Assembly: GCA_951406725.2 (NCBI GenBank)
Contig: OX597828.1
Span: 38,068,001-38,132,000, forward strand
Direction: 5' to 3'
Length of the DNA: 64,000 bases
DNA from: Octopus vulgaris
Taxonomy: Eukaryota
A program made the position numbers and the translations under genes. Below the pieces are notes generated by a model. It had not been told where the DNA came from and ran no database searches. It was given only the letters and a program-made list of their open reading frames with translations. Position 1 is the stretch's first letter. The number at the start of each line of letters is the position of its first letter. Shown piece by piece: positions 30,877 to 43,971 of this stretch.

Positions 30877-31910
30877 AGCGGTGAGCTGGCAGAATCGTTA
30901 GCACACCGGACAAAATACTTAGCGGAATTTCTTCTGGCTGCACGTTCTATGTTCAAACCCAGCCGAGGTCGATTCCGTCTTTCGTCCTTTCGCTGGTGGA
31001 TGAAATAAGCACTAGTCGACCACTAGGCTCGATGTCATCGACTAATCCTCTCTCCCCCAACATTTCAGGCCCTGTGCCTATAGTAGAAAGCACTGTTGTT
31101 GTTGTTATTGTTCTTCACGCTCTTGTTCTCGTTGCTGTCGTTGTTGTTAATGGCCGAATCGTTAGAGTGCCTCGCCGGTTTTCTTCCCGCTCTTTACGTT
31201 GTGTTTTCAAATCCTGCCAGGTTCAACTTCGCCTGTCATTTTCCCATTCTTTGATAAGACAAAATACCCATTCAAGTATGGTATCCACTTAATCCCAGAC
31301 ACCACCGCTCCCCAAATCTGCTGACCCCGTTACCTTGATCAGAAATCTTAACTACTATTATTGCGCAACCTGATATTTTGAAATCTCTTTGGTATGACAT
31401 GTTTTGCATTGCATATAAGCGCCCTTGAGACCAATAAAGAAAATACTGTTATTATTTATAGTAGTGGTATTAGTATTGTTATTGCTATTGTTATTCGAAA
31501 AACCAATAACACTCTGATAATGCATTGAAAATGTAATTACAGTTTGTGCGGACATTAACACAGAATATTGTTAATTAGTCACATAAAAGCCATTAGTAAT
31601 ATTTTTCTTTTAAATTTTATTATGTTTATCTTGCGTTTTTTGTTATTATTTAATTACCTCGGCTTAATATCCACAACCGTTACGAAGGCGTTTATCTGGT
31701 TGTTACATTTTTCTGTATCTTGACGTGGGATCATCGGAACTTAACAGCTCTGCTTTCGTCAGATGAATTACGCCAAGGTGGATGGATAGAAGAGATCATT
31801 ATCGATTTTTTTTCTATTGGTTTAAGAACAGTGTAATATTTTAATCAAATCAACTGCGTTGAAAGAGAATGTACCATACTACCACCACCACCACCATTAC
31901 TACTACTACC

Positions 31911-31959
<49 letters not shown>

Positions 31960-31971
31960 TTGTTGTTGTTC

Positions 31972-32027
<56 letters not shown>

Positions 32028-32576
32028 GAGTGAGAGAGCAGTTCATGCCATCAAGTTGACACTGGGGTAAAATATACGAAGCCCAATATACCCATCATGA
32101 CTACCCGTCTGATAAAGGTACACCAGGCACATGCATCACAACCATATGCGCGCGACATGGTGATCTCATATCAAGATAAACAGCACATGACCTTGCAGGT
32201 GGGGCCCAGTTAGAATTTTCTTCAGGTTGAGTAGCCCATCCCGCTCAAAAGGTCTCTGAATAAGGGTTGTTTAAGGATGTTGAAAGAACCACCCATGTTC
32301 CCAGAGGCGAACTATTCAAACCCCAAAGAATCCCTCTCAACACATGGCTATGATGCTCCCCCACTACTTCTGCTTGTGATCAGAGATGCACATATCGTCA
32401 GCCACTAAGGGACATGCTCAACTGGTTAAGGTCAAACAACTGACAAGCAAATCTGTGGTATTGAACAGAATATTTGCTGTAGCCCATCTTTTATACCAAG
32501 ACATGATGTACATGATAATAACACTTCCAATCAGTTAAGATCAGAAGCCATGAGAGCCACTGCCTGGTACTGCATC
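32028..32576. mobile_element. ~555-bp (ATT)n-flanked element, copy 3
   Basis: Near-identical to 7565-8118; (ATT)n on both sides. A short end fragment also occurs at ~54640-54697 after (ATT)n. Confidence 0.9.
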
Positions 32577-32615
<39 letters not shown>

Positions 32616-34424
32616 CATTCTGCTTTAGGTTATCATCGTCCGTCTGGTTCGAAGCGATGACCCAGGTTCATATCCAGTAAACGAAACTCTTGTGAATGAG
32701 GGCAAGATTTATGCTAGGTTTTGTGAGTTGAAATGTTGGCTTCGCAACGACGTTGGTTCCAGTTACGGTTCCTCTACGTTACGCCATGGGCAAATGTCAT
32801 CTCTTAGGCCTCGAGAAGGCGCTAACACGGCAGAATCGTTAGCACACCTGGGAGAATGCTTTGGGAGCTATGCCTAAATTCCGCTGTGGTCGATTTCGCC
32901 TTTCATCCTTTCGGGGTCGATAAAATAAGGACCAGTTGAGCACTGGGGTTCGATGTAATCGACTTACCCCACCCTTTCGTGACTGCTGGCCTAGTATTAA
33001 TATTTGAAACCAATTTCAGGCCTCGAGTGATCGATACGTTCAAAGTGGAAGTTCGTAGAAGGAAAATGTGCAGGTACCTTCGTATACCTACCTACAATCT
33101 TACAAGCAGACATGCATACATACATACATACATACATACATACATACATACATACATACATACATGTGGCTTCTGTGAGACCCATTTACGAATACTTCGA
33201 TGTCTGTGTTCGGTAAATGGTGCAATGTCGAAACCTTTCAATGTGGGTGCTGGACTTCGTCAGAGTTGGAATTAGACACCTCTTCTTTTCATAATCTTTA
33301 CGAACTTAGATTGACATGGGTAGCCGTTACGCAATTAGTATCACAATCAGTGGGTGATGTTTGTAGATGACACTACTTGGCTCACCAGAAAGTTATTTCC
33401 TGCATGGACTGAGCGGGTTCACTACTGAATACTGCAAGAGGCGTGGGCAATGCATCCACCACATATTATGGACCATGTTTACGAGAAATCTCTCCAGCTA
33501 ACAGACAACGGTTCACTTGGAAACATTCAAGAATTGTTGGCCTATTGCTTATCCACTTAGTTGGCAATAGTATTACCGAGTAAATTCTGAAGAAGATTAG
33601 TGAATATGTTAGCAAGGATTACGTATACGTCTTCTAATTCATTTATCTTGCAACAGATTAAATAATAAGAAAACGATGAACCGAGAAGAGAATTTATATT
33701 AAGTCGCATTTTCTACTAGAAATAGTAACCGATTGTTATATCATATCCTTCCAAATAAAAAGACAATAATGAGAAGTACAACAAATCTACGAATGATCAC
33801 AGCTGGAACGACAAGTTTAAATATACGTTCGCTTGATCGCAGCAGCTAAGAAACAAAAGAACGAAAAATGAAAAACGAGCAGCTCTTGAGCTACAAAAAA
33901 GAAAAAAAAATGAACGCATTTTTTAGACTTTACTCTCTATCGTTTTTCTTTAGGCAGCATGATTCATTATTCACAAGTTACTCTATTGATAAACCCTCTA
34001 CTTAGTTAATCGCAATAAACAGCTTTGTCTTTCGAGAACAGAATCGAGTTATAAATTTATTTGCTGGTATTCAAAGTGCAAAGTAAAAAGAAAAAAAACT
34101 ACCTCTACCACACTCATAAGTGTCACTTCGGTAGTTACAACGACGAGGTTCGATCAACGGAACAGCCCGCTCGTTAAATTAACGTGAAATTAATGTGCAA
34201 GTGGGCGAAGACTCCACAAACACCCGTACCCTTAACGTAGTTCTCAGGGAAATTCAGTTCCTCTGAATTACTGGTATTATTTTTGCCAGCTGAGTGGACT
34301 GGGACAACGTGAAAGTGTCTGGCTCAAAAATACAACTCATCTCCGGGAAATGAACTCACGACCTTTCAATCGTGAGCAGTTTACCACTAAGCCACGCGTC
34401 TTCACACCATACTGATATTCTATT

Positions 34425-35000
34425 CTACTCTAGGCACAAAGCCCAGATAATAGAGGCAATAGGGCAGTCGATTAGCTCGACCAAATACGCAAATGGTATT
34501 TAATTTATCGACCCCGAAAGGATGAAAAGCAAAGTCGAACTCGGCGGAATGTGAACTCACAACGTAGCGACAGACGAAATACCTATCTCTTTACTGCCCA
34601 CAAGGGGCTAAACACAGAGAGAACAAACAAGGACAGACAAACAGATTAAGTCGATTATATCGACCCCAGTGCGTAACTAGTACTTATTTAATCGACCCCG
34701 AAAGGATGAAAGGCAAAGTCGATCTCGGCGGAATTTGAACTCAGAACGTAGCGGCAGATGAAATAACTATTTCTTTACTACCCACAAGGGGCCAAACACA
34801 GAGGAGACAAACAAGAACAGGCAAACGGATTAAGTCGATTACATCTACCCCAGTGCGTAACTGGTACTTAATTTATCAACCCCGAAAGTATGAAAGGCAA
34901 AGTCGACCTCGGCAGAATTTGAACTCAGTACGTAACGACAGACGAAATACCGTTAAGTATTTCGCCCGGCGCGCTAACGTTTCTGCCAGCTCTCTGCCTT
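34425..35000 (-). mobile_element. SINE family B trimer
   Basis: Three core units joined by the linker TATTTCTTTACT.CCCACAAGGGGCTAAACACAGAG. Confidence 0.85.
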
Positions 35001-35896
35001 ACACCACGCTGATATTAACTAAGACATTTAAAAGTCTCGAGTAAATATCTCTTTGAATTATGAATATTCTTTAAAACCCAATAAGCATTTTCATAGAGGA
35101 TTTCGTAGACGGACATCTCCTTATCAATATTGTTTTACACATAGGAACAATGCCTGAAATTCGGGTGAAAGTAGTTAGTCGATTACATCGACCCTACTAT
35201 TTCGTTGACATTTTATTTTTATCGCTCCCAAAGGATGAAAGGCAAAATCGACATTGGCAAGGTTTGAGCTTAGCACGTAAAGCAATTTGTCCGGCGTGCT
35301 TAACGGTTCTACCAACTCTCTGCCTTCACTTCTCACTAATTTACCAGTCAGTCTAATTATAAAGCACCGAACCAGTGATATAATACGTTTAAAACTATAT
35401 AAATATACGCATAAATATGTGAGTTCTCACCTCATTTCGCTTCTACGTAACACGAATGGTCAGATTAAGCTTTTCTGGAATATTACATCTAATAAATGGT
35501 GGTGAGCTGGCAGAATCGTTAACACGTCCGTCTTTATGTTCTGAGTTAAAATTCCGCCAGGGTAGACTTTACCTTCCATTCTTTAGGGTCGATATGTAAC
35601 AGTCGAGAACTGGGGTCAATGTTATTGACTTACCTCTCCCCCTACCTTGCAGGCCTTGTGCCGAAATTTGAAACGAATATTAGGTATAATAAATTCTATT
35701 AACCCGGGTACCTAAATCCAATATTTTATCATTAAGGTTATATTTTTCCTCTTGGTCAATAAGGTCTTCTGTTGTGAATAGTCGTTAACAATACTCATAC
35801 GTAATTTCTATTGTAGCCTTGCCTGCATGCAAGAGGCGGAGGTTCCGCCTCCACCACACACATTATAGACCATGTTTAAAGAAAAACTCTACAGAT

Positions 35897-37395
35897 TCTC
35901 ACTCCAGTTAAGGACTTGTAGGAACAAACGATAAACGTTCCCCTGTAAATTTTGTAATTAATACTGAAAAATCATAAACGATATGAGAATTATATCTTGA
36001 TATGAGATATTATAATATCTTCATATGAGATATTTATGAATCAAATTTTCAGTATGTAATATCTCTGCTTGGCCGACCAGCATATCATCCGCTACGTCAC
36101 ACTGATAGGCAAAAGATCACTCGCAAAAATTCAACAATCATTGGCTTATTGTCAAGTTAACACTTTACCTTCCTCTGTCTGGTTCTCCGTCAGTTACGAC
36201 GACAAGTGCTCCAGTTGATTCGATCAACCGAACAGCTTACTCTTAAAATTAACGAACACATGGCTGAGTACTCCACAGACAAGCGTGCTCTTAGCGTAGT
36301 TTTCAGGGAAATTGAGTGTGACACAGACTGTGACAAGGCTGGCTATTTGAACACATTTTTGCCAGCTGAGTGGACTGGAGCAATGTGAAATAAAGCGTCT
36401 TGCTCTTGCTCAAGAACACAACGCGCCGCTGGTAATTGAACTCACGACCTTACGATCGTAAGGCGAATACCCTAACCATTAAGCCACGTGACTTTATACC
36501 TTAGTATTTAAACTGCTCATATCAGGCCCAAACATCCTACCTGTTTTATGTGCAAGCCGGCCAGTTCTGGTTTTCCCAATCTAAGTACAAAGTCATTCTG
36601 AAAAGAATAATTATATCCTCAAAACCTCGATGCTGCATGTTAATGCAGGATTAACTCCAACCAATTTGAATAGATAAGCATTGCACTTGACAGTAATCTC
36701 TGTGTTAAATGGTTGAAATAGTTATTCCTGACAGAACGAATTCTTCCCTTCTACACTGCATACTTCTATCCAGAAATCTCTGAGCCCAATTTTTATGTAC
36801 CTGGTTTATACTGTCTGCGTCAATTTTTTCAATAATTAAAATTCAAATTAAAATTTGAATGCACTAACTTCATCAAGTTAATTTTATCTCTTGATAAAAA
36901 GGTAAAAGACACACTTCGGTCGTAAATGACCATAAGATTGCCCCTAGAAAGTTATACCGCAAAAGCACAAGTCCGGGCAAGACCAGTAGTCGCCCATGCA
37001 TGCCACCCGTCCCTCTCTACGCCATTATATGTACATAGGGTAAAGAACCCCTTCGGTCATGAATGACCATGGAATTGCACCTAGAAAGGTATCCTCTGAG
37101 GCACAAGTCCGAGCAAGGTTGTTTATGGAAGACCAGCAGTCGCCCAGGCAAACCAGCCTCTCCGATCCGCACCATCGATGTTATCCAAGGGAAAAGGCAA
37201 AGACCAATACAACTTAGTAACTCTAGTAGATGTCTCCATTTCTCACTCCAGTTAAGGACTTGTAGGAACAAAGGATAAACTTTCCCCTGTAAATTTTGTA
37301 ATTTATACTGAAAAATCGTAAACGATATTTACGAATCAAATTTTCAGTATGTAATATCTCTGCCAGACCAACCAGCATATCATCCCCTATGTCAC
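35897..37395 (+). repeat. Local direct duplication (~160-200 bp) at 35897-36100 and 37239-37395
   Basis: TTCTCACTCCAGTTAAGGACTTGTAGGAACAAA...GAATCAAATTTTCAGTATGTAATATCTCTGC is present twice. Confidence 0.8.
36190..36490 (-). mobile_element. tRNA-derived SINE family C
   Basis: Minus-strand head GTGGCTTAATGGTTAGGGTATTCG...GTGAGTTCAATT; related copies at ~34133-34405 (-) and ~18780-19060 (+). Confidence 0.75.
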
Positions 37396-37685
37396 TCTGT
37401 CGTGTATTCTTACAGCAGAGACCTTCCTGTTGGACAAATGATAACAATCAGTAACTCACTAGAACTTCCATTGTTATTATTGTCATTTTCGCCCGTCGCT
37501 ACATTCTGAGGTCGACTTTGCCTTTCATCCTTTCGGGGTCGATAAATTGCGTACTGGTGTCGATGTTATCGACTAGTCCCTCCCCAAAAAGTTCGTGCTG
37601 TGTGAATTTAGTAAAAAGGATTATTATCATCGTAACGCTAATTAACAGGCTCCTTCCTCTAATAATATGATTATTATTATTGTTT

Positions 37686-37885
37686 AGGCGGCGAGCTGGC
37701 AGAATCGTTAGCACGCCGGGCAAAATGCTAAATGGCATTTCGTCCGTCCTTACGTTCTGAGTTCAAATTCTGCCTTTCATCCTTTTGGGGTCGATGAAAT
37801 AAATAACAGTCAAGTACTGGGGTTACTGTAATTAACTATCCCCCTCCCCCAAATTTCAGGTCTTGTGCCTAGAGTAGAAAGGATT
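37686..37885 (+). mobile_element. SINE family B monomer (representative)
   Basis: GGCGGCGAGCTGGCAGAATCGTTAGC (A-box-like)...GAGTTCAAATTC (B-box-like). Other monomers at ~7330-7540, 16120-16345, 16640-16850, 30877-31090, 32815-33020, 35498-35680 (+) and 28335-28500, 51240-51480, 53500-53665, 56640-56785 (-). Confidence 0.8.
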
Positions 37886-39042
37886 ATTATTATCATTTTA
37901 AAGCGATAGAGAAGAGAATTGACACAGCAAGGAGACAAAATGTCTTGCGGTATTTAATTCCGTCCTCTGAGCGACCTTCTAACTTTTAATACACCCGAAA
38001 TTGAATTTTTGCTTAATCATTTCAAAATAATCTACCAGTCTCTCCATCGAAATATGTAGATTTGTGATAATCCACCCAAAAAGTCAAAATATGTTTGGGT
38101 CAGGTATTGTCCATGTGACGCAATCAGAGTCCACTGAATATATCGTTTCAATGGTGGTCAACTTCCTTTCCCTGGCATGAAAACGTGCCAAAGCCGAATT
38201 TTATGGCATCCACTTGTAACTGGTGGATTCCTGTTGACCGATTTGGATGTGGTTTTATGTTCTGAGCTCATAATATCATCTGCTGTGGAACACAAAGCTT
38301 TAGAATCGATTCCTTCTTTTTTCTTTCAGTAAACTATATTCCCTATATTTATTATGACATCAATGAGAAACACATCAATGGGTGGCAAGCTTGACTGGAT
38401 AACTAAATAAACATGAAAGAGAAATGAATTAGGCACGAACAAAGTTGGTTTCTCAACAAATCATCTAAATTTATAGTTTCGTTTGGTTTTACACATTTAT
38501 TTTGTTCGATCCGAAAATATATTGTAGACGCGCACTCACTCACCCAAACTGGTTCCATTTTAAATAACTAGAGACGCACGAAGCATCGTTGAATAAAATA
38601 TGTACGCGTAAAATCCTATTCAATACGTTCAATACGTTCGTGCACATTTGGACGTGAAAAAACCTTTCGCTGCGTCATTGGATTGTAGGACGCATATATT
38701 TCAGCGTTGTTGCACGTCGTCAGCGACGAATACTGAATCCCTCCTTCATTATTTCGTACGAATCTAGTCAGCTAATTCCAACTTGATTAAGCTTTAAACA
38801 CATCATATCATCATATTTTTTTGTTCCCCCTTTTACTTGTTTAATTCGTTTGACTGCGGTCATGCTGGAGCACCGCCTTTAGTCGAACAAATCGACCCCC
38901 AAGGACTTAGTCTTTGTAAGCCTAGTACATATTCTATCGTTTTCTTTTGCCAAAACGCTATGTTACAGGGACATAAACACCTGAAGATCGTTGTCAAGCG
39001 ATGGTGGGAGGACAACTACAGACACACACACACAAAAAAAAT

Positions 39043-39567
39043 CCGGGATAGTCAAATCTGGGGAACGTGGAAGTCATTCAAAGTAGACCTCACACATGGT
39101 TCCAGCAAAATGGATCAACTGCTCATACCTCAAGAGGAACAATGTAGTTGCTACGGCAGTGCTTTGGAAAGAGAATACTCTCCAGCTACGGCAATGTCAA
39201 CCGGTCTTCACCTTCCCCAGACTTGACTAGATCGGATTTTTTCTTGTGGGGATACCTGAAAGAGATGGTTTATGTCAATAAACCGGAGACCCTGGAGCAA
39301 CTGAAGGAGAACATCAATAGAGAAGTGGGGTCTGAAACTCTTGAAGGTGTTATGGTGCAAGTTTTGGAAAGAACACAGGCTAGAGAAGCCGAAAATGGTT
39401 GCCATTTAAGCGTTAACATTTTTCACATAGTGGTGGTACAAAATTTGACTTCTGCTTATTAATTTTCATTCTTTCCTTTATATTGTATCAAAATTTCATG
39501 TATTTATTTGCAAAGTTAAGGAAGTTATTAAAATCTAAAACCCATCAGTGACTTTTGGGACACCCTA
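39043..39567 (+). mobile_element. Tc1/mariner-superfamily transposon 3' fragment (DDxD type)
   Basis: WFQQNGSTAHT...SPDLTRSDFFLWGYLKEMVYVNKPETLEQLKENI; ends in TIR-like TTTTGGGACACCCT followed by ATA. Confidence 0.8.
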
Positions 39568-39833
39568 TATAAGGATTTCAAAAGCTTTCTGTCCGACCAG
39601 AAATTTGAAATCAGGACATAAAAACGAAGAAAATGCCGCAAACCATTATGGCTGCTAGCGATTTTGCTAGTTTTTAAACACACACACACATCACAATAAA
39701 TTTTATTTTATTTTGTTTTAATTCTCGACAAGTGTATTGAGAACAATATGACAACTTTGCACGTAAATTATTACAATAAATATATATATGTGAGTGTGAA
39801 TAAGTGTATGTGTATGTATATGTATATATGTGC

Positions 39834-39895
<62 letters not shown>

Positions 39896-40166
39896 TATAT
39901 ATATATTCATACATATCATACACACACACATGTTCTCAAACATTATAATATGTATATATAAGTATGTATATTGTGTATGCCGATGTATTTGAATGCGTTA
40001 GCGCTGTGCATATCTGTGTAAGCTAAGTGACAATATATCTCGCTCTGGTGTAACAGCTCATACTTCAACGTATGTTATGAACGGTGGAAAAGGCTGATCG
40101 CGATCGGTTTGTTGGTATTTCTGTGTTGTCAATATCTAGTAAGATCTAAGACGTTTCTTCAACGAA

Positions 40167-40176
40167 ATGATGATGA

Positions 40177-40210
<34 letters not shown>

Positions 40211-40419
40211 GATGATGGTGGTGATGATGATGACGATGATGATGATAAGGATGATAATGATGATGACGACAATGATAATGATGTCGATGGTGATGATGAT
40301 GACAATGATGACGACGACGATGATGATGGTGATGATGACGATGACGACGAAGACGACGACGACGACGATGATGATGATGTTGATGATAGTGACGATGATG
40401 ATGATGATGTTGATGATAG

Positions 40420-40501
<82 letters not shown>

Positions 40502-40506
40502 GATGA
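40167..40506. repeat. (GAT)n/(GAC)n/(GGT)n compound microsatellite
   Basis: Trinucleotide run giving spurious poly-Asp and poly-Met ORFs. Confidence 0.95.
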
Positions 40507-42529
40507 AGCTAACCTTTTCGTTTATTGGCTTCAAACACCCGTACATCCGTTAACGTTCAGAATATATTCAAGAGCAACATTATAAGAAACGAGATCCGCG
40601 AATACATTACATAACAGAATGAAATGTTTTAGGTGAGCAATGTCAGCGTTAAAAGCGCGTAATTGTAATGACCTTCTGGACGTTGACTGTTGACGAATAA
40701 GCCACAAAGTTTCTGTTTATTATGTTTTTGTAATTTTTTGTTGCGCTTTTGTAAAATTTCTCATGTTTAGTATACACACACACACACACACACACAAGTA
40801 TGTATATATGGTCATGCGCTTGGACACTTGCCCAAGATGCCACGCAGTGGGACCGAACCCGGAACAAACTATATGGTTTAAAAGCAAACCCCTTATTGCA
40901 ACACCATGCCTGTGCCTATGTTAAAAGATTGTTTCTCTTTTGTTGTTTTTTATTATCTTAAATTACAAGAAGAAGAAGGGAATAAGGAGGAGGTGGAAGG
41001 AAATAACTAAAGCTTTTTTATAATAATAGAAAGAGGAAATTTATATAAAAATGATTTTTTAAAAATCCAAGAATTTTCAAAGCAGAAAGAATTGGTTAAA
41101 AGAATTAATAAAAATTAAAGAATAAAGCAAATATATTCAGCTCATGCTTAAATGCAGAAAGCGATATCATCACGGATGTTTCAGCAACGAAGGCATAAAT
41201 TCCATATCAAATGAGGGAAAAAAACCGAAAAAATTGGAAGTCATTGCACACAGTACAATAAAGATGCATAACTTGTCAGCATCGAGAGAGAAAATGGACG
41301 CCATAATCACAATAATAAAATAGAGACTCTAAGGCTGGCCAATCACAACCAGCAAAGATTTAAACGATACAAAATACAATTTAGATTGTTAGTAAATCTC
41401 CGCTTATCAACAAATCCCCATAATTTCTAGTTAATTAGCCAGAAGCAAATAGATTTCATTGGAATACTAATGGATTTGAATCACTATCCAACTGGTCACA
41501 GGAAGTGAGCAGAAGAGCAATTTTTTAACCTCTAAGCGAGGTTATCATGTTCGTGATCGAATGTGCCAGAATCACTTATTAAGCAATATTTTGGTTTGTT
41601 TTATCAGCTAAATGCTTCAGAATCTTTGAAAATATACTCAGTTACCTTGTTATAGTAAAACAATCTCGTGGTAAAATTTGTTTTTAATCTTGTATATACT
41701 TTTATCACAGTAGCCGTTTCTGTCGATATGTGTGTTGTTAAAAATGGCGTCAGAAGTAGTAGTAACAGATGGCTACCATTGTGGTGGTAGCACATATTAA
41801 TGTGTGTGTGTGTGTGTGTGCGTGTGTGTGTACGGGCGCTTTCAGGTTATGTCTACCAAATCCATTTTGGTCGGCACGAGGCTATAGTAGAAGACACTTG
41901 CCCAAGGTGCCACACATTGGGAATGGACCCGCAATCATGTAATTCAGAAGCAAGCTTCTCCCTCCCACATCCACGCTTTCGCCTTCACATCAAATTCATA
42001 ATGTTGTTGCTGCGACGGATTATGCAGTATGTTCTGTACAGTCTATTCAGAGTGAAGAGCCCATGGTTTTGTATCTTCCTGAAGCTTCTGTGACTGATAA
42101 TAGGAAGTTATCCTCAAACCAAATGCTTGAGGCGCAGTGAAATTAATGAAAAGCACTTAAGAATCAGAGAGTGTTAAACCGGGTGATTGTTTAAGTATCT
42201 ATTTCTTTACTATTTTATATATTTCTTTTAAGTATCAAACACAAAATCTGTGAACCCAATGGTTTCAGAAGATATTTTGCCACGCACTCACACTCGAAAA
42301 TCTAACGAATTTTTTCAGTCTTCCTCCTTGATCCTCGAAAAGATGAAGGTTAAAGTTGATCTAGGCGGGATTTGAACTGGGACTACAGAGAGACGGAACA
42401 AATGCTGCAACGTATTTTGTGCAACATTCTAATGAATCTGGCATTCTTTAGTATGAACGTTCAAATAGGCGGTGGCATTGCGCATCTAGAATACATGATT
42501 TGTCAGTTGACTTTTTGTCTGATTAATTC

Positions 42530-43410
42530 TAGTTTCAAATTTTGCCACAAGAACTGCAAAAAGGGAGGAGTGGGTAAAATGATTACCTCAGTGCTCAAGT
42601 GGTACTTATTTTATCGATCCCAAAAGGATGAAAGGCAAAGTCGACCACAGCAGAATTTGAACTCAGAACGTAAGGACGGACGAAACGCTGCTAAGCCCGG
42701 AGTGTTAACGATTCTTTTCTACTCTAGGCACAAGGCCTGAAATTTTGGGGGAGGGGCCAGTCGATTAGATCGACCCCAGTATGCAACTGGTACTTAATTT
42801 ATCGATCCCGAAAAGATGAAAGGCACAGTCGACCTCGGCATAATTTGAGCTCAGAACGTAAAGACATGAAACACCGATAAGCATTTCGCGCGGCGTGCTA
42901 ACGTTTCTTATTTCTTTATTGCCCACAAGGGGCTAAACATAGAGGGGGCAAACAAGGACAGACAAAGGGATTAAGTCGATTACATCGACCCCAGTGCGTA
43001 ACTGGTACTTATTTAATCAACTCCGGAAGGATGATAGGCAAAGTCGACCTCGGCGGAATTTGAACTTAGAACGTAGCGGCAGACGAAATACCGCAAGCGT
43101 AACAGCAGACGAAATACCGCAAGCGTAACAGCAGACGAAATACCTATTTCTTTACTACCCACAAGGGGCTAAACAGAGAGGAGGCAAACAAGGACAGACA
43201 AACGGATTAATCGATTATATCGACCCCAGTGCGTAACTGGTACTTAATTTATCGACCCCGAAAGGATGAAAAGCAAAGTCGGCCTCGGCGGAATTTGAAC
43301 TCAGAACGTAGCGGCAGACGATGGTATCTATTTAATCGACCCCGAAAGGATGAAAAGCAAAGTCGACCTCGGCGGAATTTGAACTTGGGACGTAAAGACA
43401 GACGAAATTT
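42530..43410 (-). mobile_element. SINE family B multimer left of the viral insert
   Basis: Five core units with the same linkers as 34425-35000. Confidence 0.85.
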
Positions 43411-43803
43411 TATCTTCTCTATCATTCCTGAATTGTTGATCACAAATAAATTGCAGAATTCATAGAATGGAAGAAGAGAAACTATTACAGACGTAAACGA
43501 ATTCAGTGGTCTCCAAAGGGAATTGAATCAGAATCGTTATCCCTTCGCTATGAAACATTGCTTTCACAATTACAGATTATACTCTGGGATGTTCCAACTC
43601 ACTGTTCGGAACCATTACAAGGATAATCTAGTTTCAAACTACATCGTTTCATTTAAGCCACAAAAGCTTTCTGGATGACATGAAAGCAACACATTGTTAT
43701 CTCCCTTTAGTCTTGAAACACATGAGCTTTATATCTACGTAAGCATCTATTTAATTTGTTTATTAATGGATATATGGGCTCTACAGTTACTGATAACATG
43801 CTC

Positions 43804-43967
43804 GACTGCTACTGAAACTAGGTTAATCTGACGTGTATATATATTATCGTGGCGGCCGATCTAATAATTGCTGGACGCCTGTTAGTATTACCAGGCGTCC
43901 CCGGATGCCGGCCGCCGGAATTTTTTAGTTATATAATCTTCCCTCTGCTAAGAATTCCGTCATCTGA
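43804..43967 (+). repeat. Left copy of viral intergenic region (164 bp direct repeat)
   Basis: GACTGCTACTGAAACTAGG...GTCATCTGA matches 45948-46122 with about 6 substitutions and one 11-bp indel (manual alignment). Confidence 0.97.
43873..43900 (+). promoter_or_regulatory. Rolling-circle origin stem-loop 1 (nonanucleotide TAGTATTAC)
   Basis: Perfect 9-bp stem GGACGCCTG/CAGGCGTCC around loop TTAGTATTAC; nonanucleotide at 43883-43891. Confidence 0.95.
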
Positions 43968-43971
43968 CAAG

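Noticed and set aside
41140-41400. Hydrophobic peptide stretches on the minus strand
   Set aside because: Interrupted by stops and explained by T-rich composition.
43785-43803. Left flank ACTGATAACATGCTC resembling the cap start region ACTGATCTTATCGGCATG
   Set aside because: Too short and gapped to distinguish microhomology from chance; boundary kept at 43804.
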